Shown here piece by piece: positions 1-11,094 of a stretch of DNA of 64,000 bases (position 1 is its first letter; each line of letters starts with the position of its first letter). Origin of the DNA: an uncultured Gemmatimonadales bacterium. Lineage in GTDB: Bacteria; Gemmatimonadota; Gemmatimonadetes; Gemmatimonadales; Gemmatimonadaceae. The notes under the pieces are model-generated. The model was not told the DNA's origin. It saw only the letters and a program-made list of their open reading frames with translations, and did no database searches. A program made the position numbers and the translations under genes. The stretch is taken from the NCBI GenBank assembly GCA_963851265.1, contig CAWKNZ010000002.1, forward strand, positions 864,001-928,000. The letters run 5' to 3'.

Positions 1-2
1 AG

Positions 3-257
3 TGGATGCAGCCGGGGATGAAGATCCTGGCCGAGTACTACAACGGCCGGCCGATCGGGATCGACCTGCCGGCGTCGCTCACGTTCGAGATCGTCGACAC
101 GGCGCCGGTAATGAAGACGGCGACCAAGACGGCGTCGAACAAGCCGGCGAAGCTCGAGAACGGCGTGACGATCAACGTTCCGGAGTTCGTGAGCACGGGC
201 GAGCGGGTGCGGGTGAACCCGGCCACGGGCGAGTACCTGGACCGCGCGAAGGACTGA
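3..257 (+). CDS. efp: Elongation factor P, C-terminal part (5' end outside the window)
   Basis: IGIDLPASLTFEIVDTAP...KPAKLENGVTINVPEFVSTGERVRVNPATGEYLDR matches the EF-P C-terminal OB domain signature. Confidence 0.92.
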   Translation, partial: WMQPGMKILAEYYNGRPIGIDLPASLTFEIVDTAPVMKTATKTASNKPAKLENGVTINVPEFVSTGERVRVNPATGEYLDRAKD

Positions 258-281
258 CCGCGGGCGCCGCGAGCGTTCCTC

Positions 282-310
282 TTGAAGCGCTTCGCGGGAG
301 CGACTAGCTT
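282..310 (+). promoter_or_regulatory. Sigma70-type promoter for tRNA-His/Trp
   Basis: TTGAAG(282-287)-N17-TAGCTT(305-310), about 50 nt before tRNA-His. Confidence 0.65.
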
Positions 311-359
311 CAGCGGTCCGTTCGGACGCCCTCACGGGGCGCTCGGCGGGCCGTGCCAT

Positions 360-434
360 GGTGACTATAGCTCAATCGGTTAGAGCACCGGACTGTGGCT
401 CCGGGGGTTGCGGGTTCAAGTCCCGTTAGTCACC
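360..434 (+). tRNA. tRNA-His(GTG)
   Basis: Cloverleaf; anticodon arm CCGGA-CTGTGGC-TCCGG; G-1 at 360; no encoded CCA. Confidence 0.96.
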
Positions 435-463
435 CCTCCGTCTCGTGAGATACAGGTGGGTGT

Positions 464-536
464 AGGTCCGTAGCTCAATTGGTAGAGCACCGGTCTCCAA
501 AACCGGCGGTTGGGGGTTCGATTCCCTCCGGGCCTG
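464..536 (+). tRNA. tRNA-Trp(CCA)
   Basis: Anticodon arm CCGGT-CTCCAAA-ACCGG; T-loop GTTCGATTC; acceptor AGGTCCG/CGGGCCT. Confidence 0.96.
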
Positions 537-594
537 TCGTTCGTCTGTCGAGTGCCGCTGCATGACGGCGGTAGCGTGATGCTCGGTGAGCTGT

Positions 595-623
595 TTGCCA
601 ATCGAAGTGCCCGCGCTTATGTT
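595..623 (+). promoter_or_regulatory. Sigma70-type promoter for the downstream tRNA group
   Basis: TTGCCA(595-600)-N17-TATGTT(618-623), upstream of tRNA-Glu. Confidence 0.65.
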
Positions 624-666
624 GGTCTGCTCGCCCGGACCGAGTTCTGGTTCATGGCGAGGACGC

Positions 667-739
<73 letters not shown>

Positions 740-797
740 CTGTGCACCGCTGTCGTACGCGGCGGTACGCTGTTGTACCACGACTGGTCGTCATCGC

Positions 798-869
798 GGC
801 CCTATCGTCTATCGGTTAGGACGCTACCCTTTCAAGGTGGAGAGACGGGTTCGATTCCCGTTGGGGCTA
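798..869 (+). tRNA. tRNA-Glu(TTC)
   Basis: Anticodon arm CTACC-CTTTCAA-GGTGG; T-loop GTTCGATTC. Confidence 0.96.
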
Positions 870-937
870 TCGACGCGGATTGCTGGCGTTGAGGGGTAGT
901 GCGGCAGGTGTAGGACCGTCGCTCCGTGCGACGTTTG

Positions 938-1012
938 GGGGCCGTAGCTCAGTTTGGTTAGAGCACTCGACTGTCACTCGAGAGGTCGCGGGTTCGAGCC
1001 CCGTCGGCCCCG
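938..1012 (+). tRNA. tRNA-Asp(GTC)
   Basis: Anticodon arm CTCGA-CTGTCAC-TCGAG; acceptor GGGGCCG/CGGCCCC. Confidence 0.96.
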
Positions 1013-1056
1013 TTGGTGTTGTGTGGTGCGGACCTCGGAACAGCGAGGCGCTGCAA

Positions 1057-1138
1057 GCCCTGGTGGTGAAACTGGTAGACACGCCATCTTGAGGGGGTGG
1101 TGCCGAAAGGCGTCGCGGTTCGAATCCGCGCCAGGGCA
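1057..1138 (+). tRNA. tRNA-Leu(GAG)
   Basis: Anticodon arm CCATC-TTGAGGG-GGTGG; long variable arm GCC-GAAA-GGC. Confidence 0.96.
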
Positions 1139-1194
1139 TCCCGGAAGTTCTCGTAGTCGCTCGACAGTTCGGCCCTCAGTCGAGCTGCTTCGGC

Positions 1195-1266
1195 GCCACA
1201 GTAGCTCAGTGGTAGAGCACTCGATTCGTAATCGAGCGGTCGTCGGTTCAATCCCGACCTGTGGCT
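1195..1266 (+). tRNA. tRNA-Thr(CGT)
   Basis: Anticodon arm CTCGA-TTCGTAA-TCGAG; acceptor GCCACAG/CTGTGGC. Confidence 0.96.
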
Positions 1267-1340
1267 CTTGCACCGGCGGGCACCCGATTCGCACGCGCCG
1301 GTCGGTGTATGCGGCTGGGCTCGTTGAATTGGTACGTCAT

Positions 1341-1413
1341 GCGGGAGTAGCTCAGTTGGTAGAGCGCCAGCTTCCCAAGCTGGATGTCGCGGGTTCGAAC
1401 CCCGTCTCCCGCT
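1341..1413 (+). tRNA. tRNA-Gly(CCC)
   Basis: Anticodon arm CCAGC-TTCCCAA-GCTGG; acceptor GCGGGAG/CTCCCGC. Confidence 0.96.
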
Positions 1414-1437
1414 CTTCGATCACCACGCGGTACGCGC

Positions 1438-1473
1438 GAACGGCCCCGACCCTGCCCAGGGTCGGGGCCGTTC
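1438..1473 (+). terminator. Hairpin ending the tRNA cluster
   Basis: GAACGGCCCCGACCCTG-CC-CAGGGTCGGGGCCGTTC perfect inverted repeat; weak T tail. Confidence 0.6.
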
Positions 1474-1641
1474 GGCGTTTCCGGGGTACGAACGCTGGGG
1501 GCGGGTCGCGGCGTTACACCGGCGCAGCATGAGTACGCCCGCGCTCCGTGGCTCGGGTCGGCGGAGCGCCGGCGGCATCACATCGCGACGACTCGCACCA
1601 CGTCAGATCGCACTCAGATCGCACCACGTCAGGAGGCACGC

Positions 1642-1860
1642 ATGCAGGGTACGTCCGAAACGCTCACCATGCGCATCGAGGGAATGAGCTGCGCCCACTG
1701 CGTTCGCGCCGTGCGCGACGCTCTGGCCGAGGTACCGGGCGCGACGGTCGAACGCGTCGAGGTCGGCGGCGCGACGGTCGCGTTCGATCCGGCCCGGACC
1801 TCGCCCGCGCAACTCGCGGACGCGGTCCGAGACGCGGGCTACGAACCGGCGGGCGTGTGA
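1642..1860 (+). CDS. copZ: Heavy-metal-associated (HMA) domain protein, CopZ-like copper chaperone
   Basis: IEGMSCAHCV (GMxCxxC) motif; 72 aa; AGGAGG RBS before ATG 1642. Confidence 0.88.
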   Translation: MQGTSETLTMRIEGMSCAHCVRAVRDALAEVPGATVERVEVGGATVAFDPARTSPAQLADAVRDAGYEPAGV

Positions 1861-2831
1861 CGCCGACGACGGCTGTTCCGAGCGATGCGTCGGCGGTGCA
1901 CGTCCCGACGGTCACCGCGCCGAGCGCGGAGGCCGTCCCGGCCGCGCACCGCCCCGAGCGTGCCGAGCACGGACGCGGGGAGCATGGGCCGACGATGGGC
2001 ACGTCTCCCGCCGCGTACCCGCCGCTCACGATCGAGGGGTGGTACGCGCACCACCAGCTCGTCACGCTCGACCGCGAACGGTTGCGGGCCATGCCTGCGA
2101 CGGAGCGAGCGCAGGCGGCGGCCGGTCTGGCGGACGCGCTCACCGCGCTCCGCGCGCCGGACGCGGGCGGCTGGACGGCGCCCGCATTGCTCGTCGGGTC
2201 GAGCGCGGACGCGATGATCGTGCACTTCCGCCCGACGCTCGACGCGCTGGGTGACGCGCAACGCGCGGTGCTGGACGCGCCGCTCGGCGACCTGCTGCGA
2301 CCGACCGTGACCTACCTCAGCGTGACCGAGGCGGGGATGTATCAGGTGGCCGGACAACTCGCCAAGGCGGCGCTCGCGCGCGGCGGTTCGGTCGGCGACG
2401 CGACGTACGAGGCGGAGGCCGCCGCGCGACTCGCGGTGGAGCGGGAGGAGGCGCGGAACCTCAAGCGGCTCTACCCGCCGCTCCCGTCCGACATGCCGTA
2501 CGTGTGCTTTTACCCGATGAGCAAGCGACGCGCGGTGGGGCAGAACTGGTACGAGCAGACGCTGGAAGAGCGGAACCGGCTGATGTGGGCGCATGGCAAG
2601 ACGGGCCGCCGGTACGCTGGGAAGGTGTTCCAGATCATCACCGGCTCGGTCGGGTTCGACGCCTGGGAGTGGGGCGTGACGCTGTTCGCGGCCGACCCGT
2701 TGGAGATCAAGCGGATCGTGACCGAGATGCGGTTCGACGAAGTGAGCGCTCGGTACGCGGAATTCGGCGCGTTCTACGTGGGGCGGACGATGGAGCCGCG
2801 CGAGTGGGTGCGCGCGCTGATCGGCGCGTGA
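1857..2831 (+). CDS. hemQ: Coproheme decarboxylase HemQ/ChdC (chlorite dismutase family); start uncertain (GTG 1857 or ATG near 1983/1995)
   Basis: YVCFYPMSKRR...NWY...ERNRLMWAHG..GRRY..QIITGSVGFDAWEWGVTLF...MRFDEVSARYAEFGAFYVG resembles Firmicute HemQ. Confidence 0.85.
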   Translation: MTPTTAVPSDASAVHVPTVTAPSAEAVPAAHRPERAEHGRGEHGPTMGTSPAAYPPLTIEGWYAHHQLVTLDRERLRAMPATERAQAAAGLADALTALRAPDAGGWTAPALLVGSSADAMIVHFRPTLDALGDAQRAVLDAPLGDLLRPTVTYLSVTEAGMYQVAGQLAKAALARGGSVGDATYEAEAAARLAVEREEARNLKRLYPPLPSDMPYVCFYPMSKRRAVGQNWYEQTLEERNRLMWAHGKTGRRYAGKVFQIITGSVGFDAWEWGVTLFAADPLEIKRIVTEMRFDEVSARYAEFGAFYVGRTMEPREWVRALIGA

Positions 2832-2842
2832 CGCGCGGTTGG

Positions 2843-2871
2843 TTGTCGCGGCCCGGCTGAGGGGTTATACT
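2843..2871 (+). promoter_or_regulatory. Sigma70-type promoter for tRNA-Pro
   Basis: TTGTCG(2843-2848)-N17-TATACT(2866-2871). Confidence 0.7.
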
Positions 2872-2906
2872 GGCAGCTTCGGCGCGCCGGGTCGGTGACG
2901 GCGCGA

Positions 2907-2980
2907 CGGGACGTAGCGCAGCCCGGTAGCGCACCTGAATGGGGTTCAGGGGGTCGCGGGTTCAAATCCCGCCGTCCCGA
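2907..2980 (+). tRNA. tRNA-Pro(GGG)
   Basis: Anticodon arm CCTGA-ATGGGGT-TCAGG; acceptor CGGGACG/CGTCCCG. Confidence 0.96.
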
Positions 2981-2990
2981 TGAGGTAAGT

Positions 2991-3033
2991 AGCGGCCCGC
3001 CAGCGTATTCGCTCGGCGGGCCGCTGCGCGTTT
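2991..3033 (+). terminator. Hairpin after tRNA-Pro
   Basis: AGCGGCCCGCC...GGCGGGCCGCT inverted repeat followed by GCGCGTTT. Confidence 0.5.
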
Positions 3034-3677
3034 CGCGCTGGTCTCTCGCGTGAAGCGCCGGTGACCACGCGCGACGCACTGGCACGCTCTTGCTGAGGTC
3101 GATAGGAACCTGGCACGGCGGGGCCTCGCGCGTTCGTCGCGCGTACTGCGCTCGCATCTGTGTGTCGCCGCGACGCGTTCGCGCGCGCTCCAGCGCCAGC
3201 GCACACGACACGCAGTCGAACCGTGCGGCCGTGCACTCGACCACCGCAGGCGTGGCCGCGGAGCCGCTCTCGCGCGACTCGGCGAGTGCGCGGCGAAGCG
3301 ATGCGCACGCGGATCGACCGGTAGCTCTCGCCGGCCAGCACCGGCCTCGCGTCGCTGACCGGAGATGAGCTCGCCGGCTCCGTCCTCGAGCCGCTTCCGG
3401 ACAGGAAAGGAGTAGAGTCAGGCGGCTTCGACGTCCGTGGTCGCGCGGCGCGGGCAGCCGTATTCCCGCCGCGTCAGGTGCCCGAGCGAACTGTGCGGCC
3501 GTTGCTCGTCGTGGTCAACGCGCCACGCGTCGAGCCCGGCACGCACGGCGGCCCGGCCCACCCGCCGCCGCGAATGGGCCGGCGTGGCCGCCGGCGCGCG
3601 TGGGCCGGGAGACAGTGCGCCGATGACGCACGCGGCTCATCTTCGCCGGATCTACACTCCTCCCTCACCTCACTCCC

Positions 3678-4163
3678 ATGTCGCGGTCTCGATGGCTTGA
3701 CTCGCGACGCTGCCCGCAGCGCGCGCTCGCGAGCCTCGCGGCGCTGGCGTTCGGCGTCGGCGCGTGCTCGACGTTCCCCACCCAAGGAGAGATCGAGAGC
3801 AGCCTGGATGCCCAACTCGCGTCGGTAACCGGGGATTGGACCGGGGCCGCCATTCCGGATCCGGCTCTCACGCTTCGCTTCCACCTCGCCGAGGCAGCCG
3901 ACGGCCAGGTCACAGGGACGGGAAGCATGCAGGAGCGCGGCGCCACGGCGCCCGCGCCCCTCAGCATCACCGGCAGTTATCGCCGGCCCGATCTCGCACT
4001 GGCGTTCGATGGAATGATCGTGGCAGGGCACGTCGTCCACGGTACGTTCCACGGGCGGTACACGACCGTCGGCGGCGTGGGAGACACCCTGGTGTTGACC
4101 GGCGTGAACGGGGACGCGTATACGCAGCGCGTCTCCGTTCTACTCCAAGAAACCGGGTCCTGA
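3678..4163 (+). CDS. Hypothetical lipoprotein
   Basis: Signal peptide with lipobox-like VGAC; beta-rich mature region starting VTGDWTG. Confidence 0.7.
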   Translation: MSRSRWLDSRRCPQRALASLAALAFGVGACSTFPTQGEIESSLDAQLASVTGDWTGAAIPDPALTLRFHLAEAADGQVTGTGSMQERGATAPAPLSITGSYRRPDLALAFDGMIVAGHVVHGTFHGRYTTVGGVGDTLVLTGVNGDAYTQRVSVLLQETGS

Positions 4164-4458
4164 CGTCGGGACGCGCCAGTGACGCGGCGAGCGTCGTCAC
4201 TCCCGGACTAACGGCCCCGGCGGCCTTGTCGGCCCCCGGGCCAGAAATCCGGCTACTTCGGCCGCGCGCGCGGTTAGGCGCGCCGCCGTAGTCCGTCGCG
4301 GCGGGCTGGTCTCGGGACGCGTGAACGTCACGCGCGCGGCGTCGGTCGGGGGCGGCATCCCATGTCGGGCATTGACGGTCCGGTCGGCGACGCGTACCGT
4401 GGGCGCGCTCGTGCCCGATCCTGCGCCGCTTTGCTTGTCATCGCCCGGAACGCCCGTG

Positions 4459-5070
4459 ATGCCTATCGGTGCTGCGCTTCGTCGCTCCTCTTCGTTGCCC
4501 GCTGTCGCGCGGCACCCGACCCGTGGCGCTCCGGGGGCGCGCCTCGTCAGGATGGGAGCGCTCGCAGTCGGCCTCGCCTGTGCACGCGCGTCGGCGGCTC
4601 AGGCAACGACACACGCGCCGCGCGCGCCCGCGGACACCGTTGCCCTTCTCGCGGAAGCGCGCGCGTTCATGGATGCGTACGGCCGCGACCTGCGCGCCGG
4701 AAACCGGGCCGCGCTCGGCGCCCGCTACGACACCTCGGGCGCCTATGTCGTGGGCATGGGGCACCGCGCCTTGCGCCGGTACGCCGACATCGCGGCGGGG
4801 TACGCGACCGTGCCCCCGCAGCGCATCACCTTCCGCGACCTAGCGTACGAGGCGCTCGGGCCGAGCGCGGTACTCGTGACGGGGCTGTTCGACGTCGCCG
4901 CCGACGACGGGGTGCGCGCGCCGCTCACGTTCGCGTACATCGGCGTGCTGCGGGGCGGCCCGGGTGGGCTCCGCATCCGGCTGGAGCACGAGTCGCCGGA
5001 CCCACGGGCCCTCGGGTGGCGGCCGCCGGACGCGTCCAAGCCCGCGCCGCACGACAGTACGCGGCCCTAG
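4459..5070 (+). CDS. Secreted NTF2-like / DUF4440-like protein (start uncertain)
   Basis: Signal-like ASAAQA; ARAFMDAY..GNRAALGARY...FRDLAYEALGPSAVLVTG...LRIRLEHES is an NTF2-fold pattern. Confidence 0.65.
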   Translation: MPIGAALRRSSSLPAVARHPTRGAPGARLVRMGALAVGLACARASAAQATTHAPRAPADTVALLAEARAFMDAYGRDLRAGNRAALGARYDTSGAYVVGMGHRALRRYADIAAGYATVPPQRITFRDLAYEALGPSAVLVTGLFDVAADDGVRAPLTFAYIGVLRGGPGGLRIRLEHESPDPRALGWRPPDASKPAPHDSTRP

Positions 5071-5375
5071 CGGTCCGGTCGCGAGACGTCGTCGGCCGTG
5101 TCGCCTACCCGTGTTGCCTCGCGCATGATCGCCCGAACGAGCGAGGTCGCCCCGGGTCGGTCAGTCGGCGCGCCTTGCGGTCCGTGGTCACGGCGCCGTT
5201 CGCGGAGCCGCCGGCGTCGCGACTCGATTCGCTCTGGCGCGGTATCCTGCTGCTGCCATCGGTGCGCAGCATCCCGCCGGACGGAAAACGGGGCCAGGCC
5301 TCCGGACACGGCTGGCGAGCGCACGGGCGAAGTCGTAGTATCGGGGCGCTGTGCCGACCGAGTCACGCGGAACTG

Positions 5376-7922
<2,547 letters not shown>

Positions 7923-7975
7923 CGCCCCGACGTCCCGCCCCTCGACTGTCCCCCTCGTCCCCCCGCCGAAGTCCC

Positions 7976-9355
7976 ATGCCGCGTCGTCTCCCCTCGTATC
8001 TCCTGCTGCTCCCGGTCGTTCTCACCGCATGCGGCACGGCCGATACCGTTCCGCGTGCGGAGCCGACCGCCCCGCCGAGTGCTGCCCGCCAGAGCGCCGG
8101 CGCGCCCGACACCGACGCCGACCAGCGCATCCGAGCGCTGATCATCCAGATCTGGCCGACGGGTCTCGAGACGTCCGTGACCGCCCGGTGGACGACGATC
8201 ACGCGTGAGGTCGCCCGGTCGAGCGACGCCGCGCAGCAGGCGCTCGCGCGCCAGAACCTCACGGACCTCGTCTCGTGGATGCAACAGCATCAGTCGGCGA
8301 TCATCCCGCCGTCCGGCGACACGCGGGGGAGCGCGCTCACGCGGCTGGTGCTGTACATGTCCGCGTACGTCTACGGGCAGACGATCCCCGACGTGCCGCC
8401 GGGAACGGACGCCGCATTCGCCATCGTCAACCCTGGCCAGGATCCGCCGCCGATCGTCACCCCGACCGGCTACGCCGGCGTGGACCTGCCCGCCAACGCC
8501 GTCAACCAGGCGACCATAGTCGTGGTATCGCAACGGACCGCGACGTACGCCCTCTGCGCAGGACCGCTGCAGACCACGCTCTGCCAGCTGCCACGATATT
8601 ACACGTTCGACGAGTTCCCGCATGTGCGCCTGAACGCGCCGGCGGCGTTCGCGGTGTGCCATCTGCGCCCCGCGGGCCTGCCGTGGGACACCGACCCGGC
8701 GTTCGACGATGGGTTGCGGTTGGCACACACGCGCCCGGTGAACACGGCTGACTACACGCCAGGCGGAACCCAGGTCGACAGCGTCGAGCTCCTTCCGCTG
8801 GTCGAGGGGCTCTCATTCATCAACTGCGCGGCGCCCCCGACGACGACCGGCGCGCGCGGGCCGCTGCGGGCGGTTAGCGCGCTGCTCGCCGACGCGTGGT
8901 CGCTCGTCGCGCCGCGGACGGCGTGGGCCATCGACCTCGGCGGCGGTGGAGGGCTGTCGCTGTCCTTCAGTGATTTCGAAGTCGTCGACCCGCGCCGGAC
9001 GTACACGCTCTCGGAAGTCCGTCTGGACGCCTGCAACGCTGTCACGTTCGGATACTCCGTGAACGGTGTCGCCACGGATGTGGCACGAAAGGCGGCCGGC
9101 TGCGCCGCCCAGACCTTCCCGGGCGCCACCCTTCGGGTTCCGGCGACCGCCGACGTGCAGCTGTACCTCCGTGACGAAACGTGCGGGCGGACGTTCACGC
9201 AGGCCGGATCACACGGCGCCGTGACGGGGGCGAACCCGTACCGGATCGCCATCACGGACGCGGGCGGCGATTGCGAGTTCTCCCCGACGTCCTCGCGGCC
9301 GCCGGGCCAGGTGGGGAACCTGACCGTGACCGAGACGATCGGCGGACCTCCGTGA
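7976..9355 (+). CDS. Hypothetical lipoprotein with a possible ZU5-like central domain
   Basis: Lipobox LTAC; 459-aa ORF with GC3-rich codons; C-terminal beta domain. Confidence 0.7.
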   Translation: MPRRLPSYLLLLPVVLTACGTADTVPRAEPTAPPSAARQSAGAPDTDADQRIRALIIQIWPTGLETSVTARWTTITREVARSSDAAQQALARQNLTDLVSWMQQHQSAIIPPSGDTRGSALTRLVLYMSAYVYGQTIPDVPPGTDAAFAIVNPGQDPPPIVTPTGYAGVDLPANAVNQATIVVVSQRTATYALCAGPLQTTLCQLPRYYTFDEFPHVRLNAPAAFAVCHLRPAGLPWDTDPAFDDGLRLAHTRPVNTADYTPGGTQVDSVELLPLVEGLSFINCAAPPTTTGARGPLRAVSALLADAWSLVAPRTAWAIDLGGGGGLSLSFSDFEVVDPRRTYTLSEVRLDACNAVTFGYSVNGVATDVARKAAGCAAQTFPGATLRVPATADVQLYLRDETCGRTFTQAGSHGAVTGANPYRIAITDAGGDCEFSPTSSRPPGQVGNLTVTETIGGPP

Positions 9356-9558
9356 TTCCGCTGGGCTCGGGCCACGTGTCCGAGCCCGACCGTTCGCCGC
9401 GCCTGGCGGGCGCGGTCACATGACCGCGCTTGACCACCGTGCCACCGGCCGGCCCCGGTCCTACGAGAGGGCGGCGCCGACCCACGCCCGCCGTCGCTGA
9501 CCGCCGCCGACCGGAAACGCTTCTCCGGACGGCGCTCGCTTCCGTCCACGTGAACCCG

Positions 9559-11073
9559 ATGCCCATCACGCTTTCGCCATCGCCGCTCGGTCGCACCTTC
9601 GCCGCGGTAGGCGGGGTCGTCCTTCTGGCCGCCGGTGCTTGCAGTCCGGACCGCGTCGCGTCGCCCTCGCCGGTCGCGGCGGTCCGCGCCGCCGCCAGCC
9701 GAGCCGTAGCGGGCGCGTCGGCGCCGATGGTCGTGAACGTCAGCGACGACACCACGGCGCAGAACGAGACGCCGCTCGCCGTGAATCCCCGGAACCCGGA
9801 CAACCTGCTGACCGGCGCGAACGACTGGAACTACAACGACGGCTGTGCGGTCAGCGCCAGCTTGGACGGCGGGAAGACCTGGACGCGCACGCTCCCGAAC
9901 GGCTTCCTCCCAGGCGTTACCCGGTACACGAACGACCCCGCCGTCGCCGGCACGGGCGCGTACGACTCCGGCGGTGACCCCGCCGTGGCATTCGGGCCCG
10001 ACGGCACGGCGTACTTCGCGTGCTTCGGATACCAGGCCGGCGCCCCGCACAACGTGGCCCTCCTCGTCAGCCGGTCGGTCGACGGCGGCCGCACGTGGCT
10101 CGCAGGTGGCAGCGCGCAGCCGCTGGCCCACGCGGCGGTGTGGCAGGGGCAGGGGATCTCGCGTGGGTCTACGGGGCAGTTCCCCGACCACGACGCGATC
10201 CACGTCGCGGGCGACGGCACGGTCTACGTGACCTGGGCGCAGTTCAACGGCCAGGGCACGCACTCGCCCGTGTACGTCGCGACCTCACGGGACGGCGGCC
10301 GTACCTTCTCGACCGCGCTCCAGGTCACGAGCGGCTCGGTGCGCAGCGACCAGGACCAGCGCATCGTCACCGACCCGCGGAGCGGCGTCGCGTATCTCAC
10401 GTTCGACAACTCGGTGCAGGGCGGAAAGGGCACGGCGATCTTCGTGAGCACGTCGGCCGACCGGGGGCGCAGTTGGAGCGCGCCCGTCCGGCTCGGCGCG
10501 TTTCAGAATCCGGTCTGCCTCTTTCCCCCCGGTTGCTTCAACATCAGTGGCGCGCCGTTTCGCGGCCCGGGCTCGTACCCAGTGCCCGCCGTCGACCCGA
10601 CCCGCAACCGGCTGTACGTGGCGTACACCGACATCGTCGGCGTGCCGGCGCGCGCGCAGATTCTGCTCACGTACGCGGACCTCGGGAACCTCGCGGTCTG
10701 GAGCACTCCGGCGGTCGTGGCGCCCGGGGCGGGGGACCGCATCAACGTCGAGATGAGCATCGAGCCGGGCTCCGGGCGCCTCGACGTCATGGCGAACGAC
10801 CGGAGCTGGAGCCACAACACCCTGTTCGACGTGACCTACCTCGGCAGCCGCGACGGCGGCGCGACCTGGGCGGCGCAGCGGGTCACGAGCGCGAGTTGGG
10901 ATCCGGCGCAGTACGGCGTGCCCGACGGATCGGCCGTGCGCCCGTTCATCGGCGACTACGACGGCATCGTATCGTTGCCGACGAGCGTGGGGATCGCGTG
11001 GACCGGGGCGGGACGGTCGACCGGCGCGCTCCCGACGAACCTCGAGATCTACTTCGGGCGCGTCACCCCTTGA
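9559..11073 (+). CDS. Sialidase-like / BNR-repeat beta-propeller lipoprotein
   Basis: Asp-box repeats SLDGGKTW, SVDGGRTW, SRDGGRTF, SADRGRSW, SRDGGATW; lipobox AGAC; FIGDY near the C-terminus. Confidence 0.85.
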   Translation: MPITLSPSPLGRTFAAVGGVVLLAAGACSPDRVASPSPVAAVRAAASRAVAGASAPMVVNVSDDTTAQNETPLAVNPRNPDNLLTGANDWNYNDGCAVSASLDGGKTWTRTLPNGFLPGVTRYTNDPAVAGTGAYDSGGDPAVAFGPDGTAYFACFGYQAGAPHNVALLVSRSVDGGRTWLAGGSAQPLAHAAVWQGQGISRGSTGQFPDHDAIHVAGDGTVYVTWAQFNGQGTHSPVYVATSRDGGRTFSTALQVTSGSVRSDQDQRIVTDPRSGVAYLTFDNSVQGGKGTAIFVSTSADRGRSWSAPVRLGAFQNPVCLFPPGCFNISGAPFRGPGSYPVPAVDPTRNRLYVAYTDIVGVPARAQILLTYADLGNLAVWSTPAVVAPGAGDRINVEMSIEPGSGRLDVMANDRSWSHNTLFDVTYLGSRDGGATWAAQRVTSASWDPAQYGVPDGSAVRPFIGDYDGIVSLPTSVGIAWTGAGRSTGALPTNLEIYFGRVTP

Positions 11074-11094
11074 TGCCGCTGCGGCGGTAAGACT

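Noticed and set aside
1857..2831. Chlorite dismutase (Cld) call
   Set aside because: Motifs match the HemQ clade, and hemY plus CpfC-type hemH are present in the window
2939..2945. A32-U38 in the tRNA-Pro(GGG) anticodon loop
   Set aside because: Known feature of this isoacceptor, not unusual
3080..3094. Sigma54-like TGGCACGCTCTTGCT
   Set aside because: Only 9 nt between GG and GC; sigma54 needs 10, and no gene start follows closely
4362..5375. 338-aa N-terminal extension of the kinase in the ORF track
   Set aside because: Overlaps the NTF2-like gene in another frame; kinase homology begins just after ATG 5376
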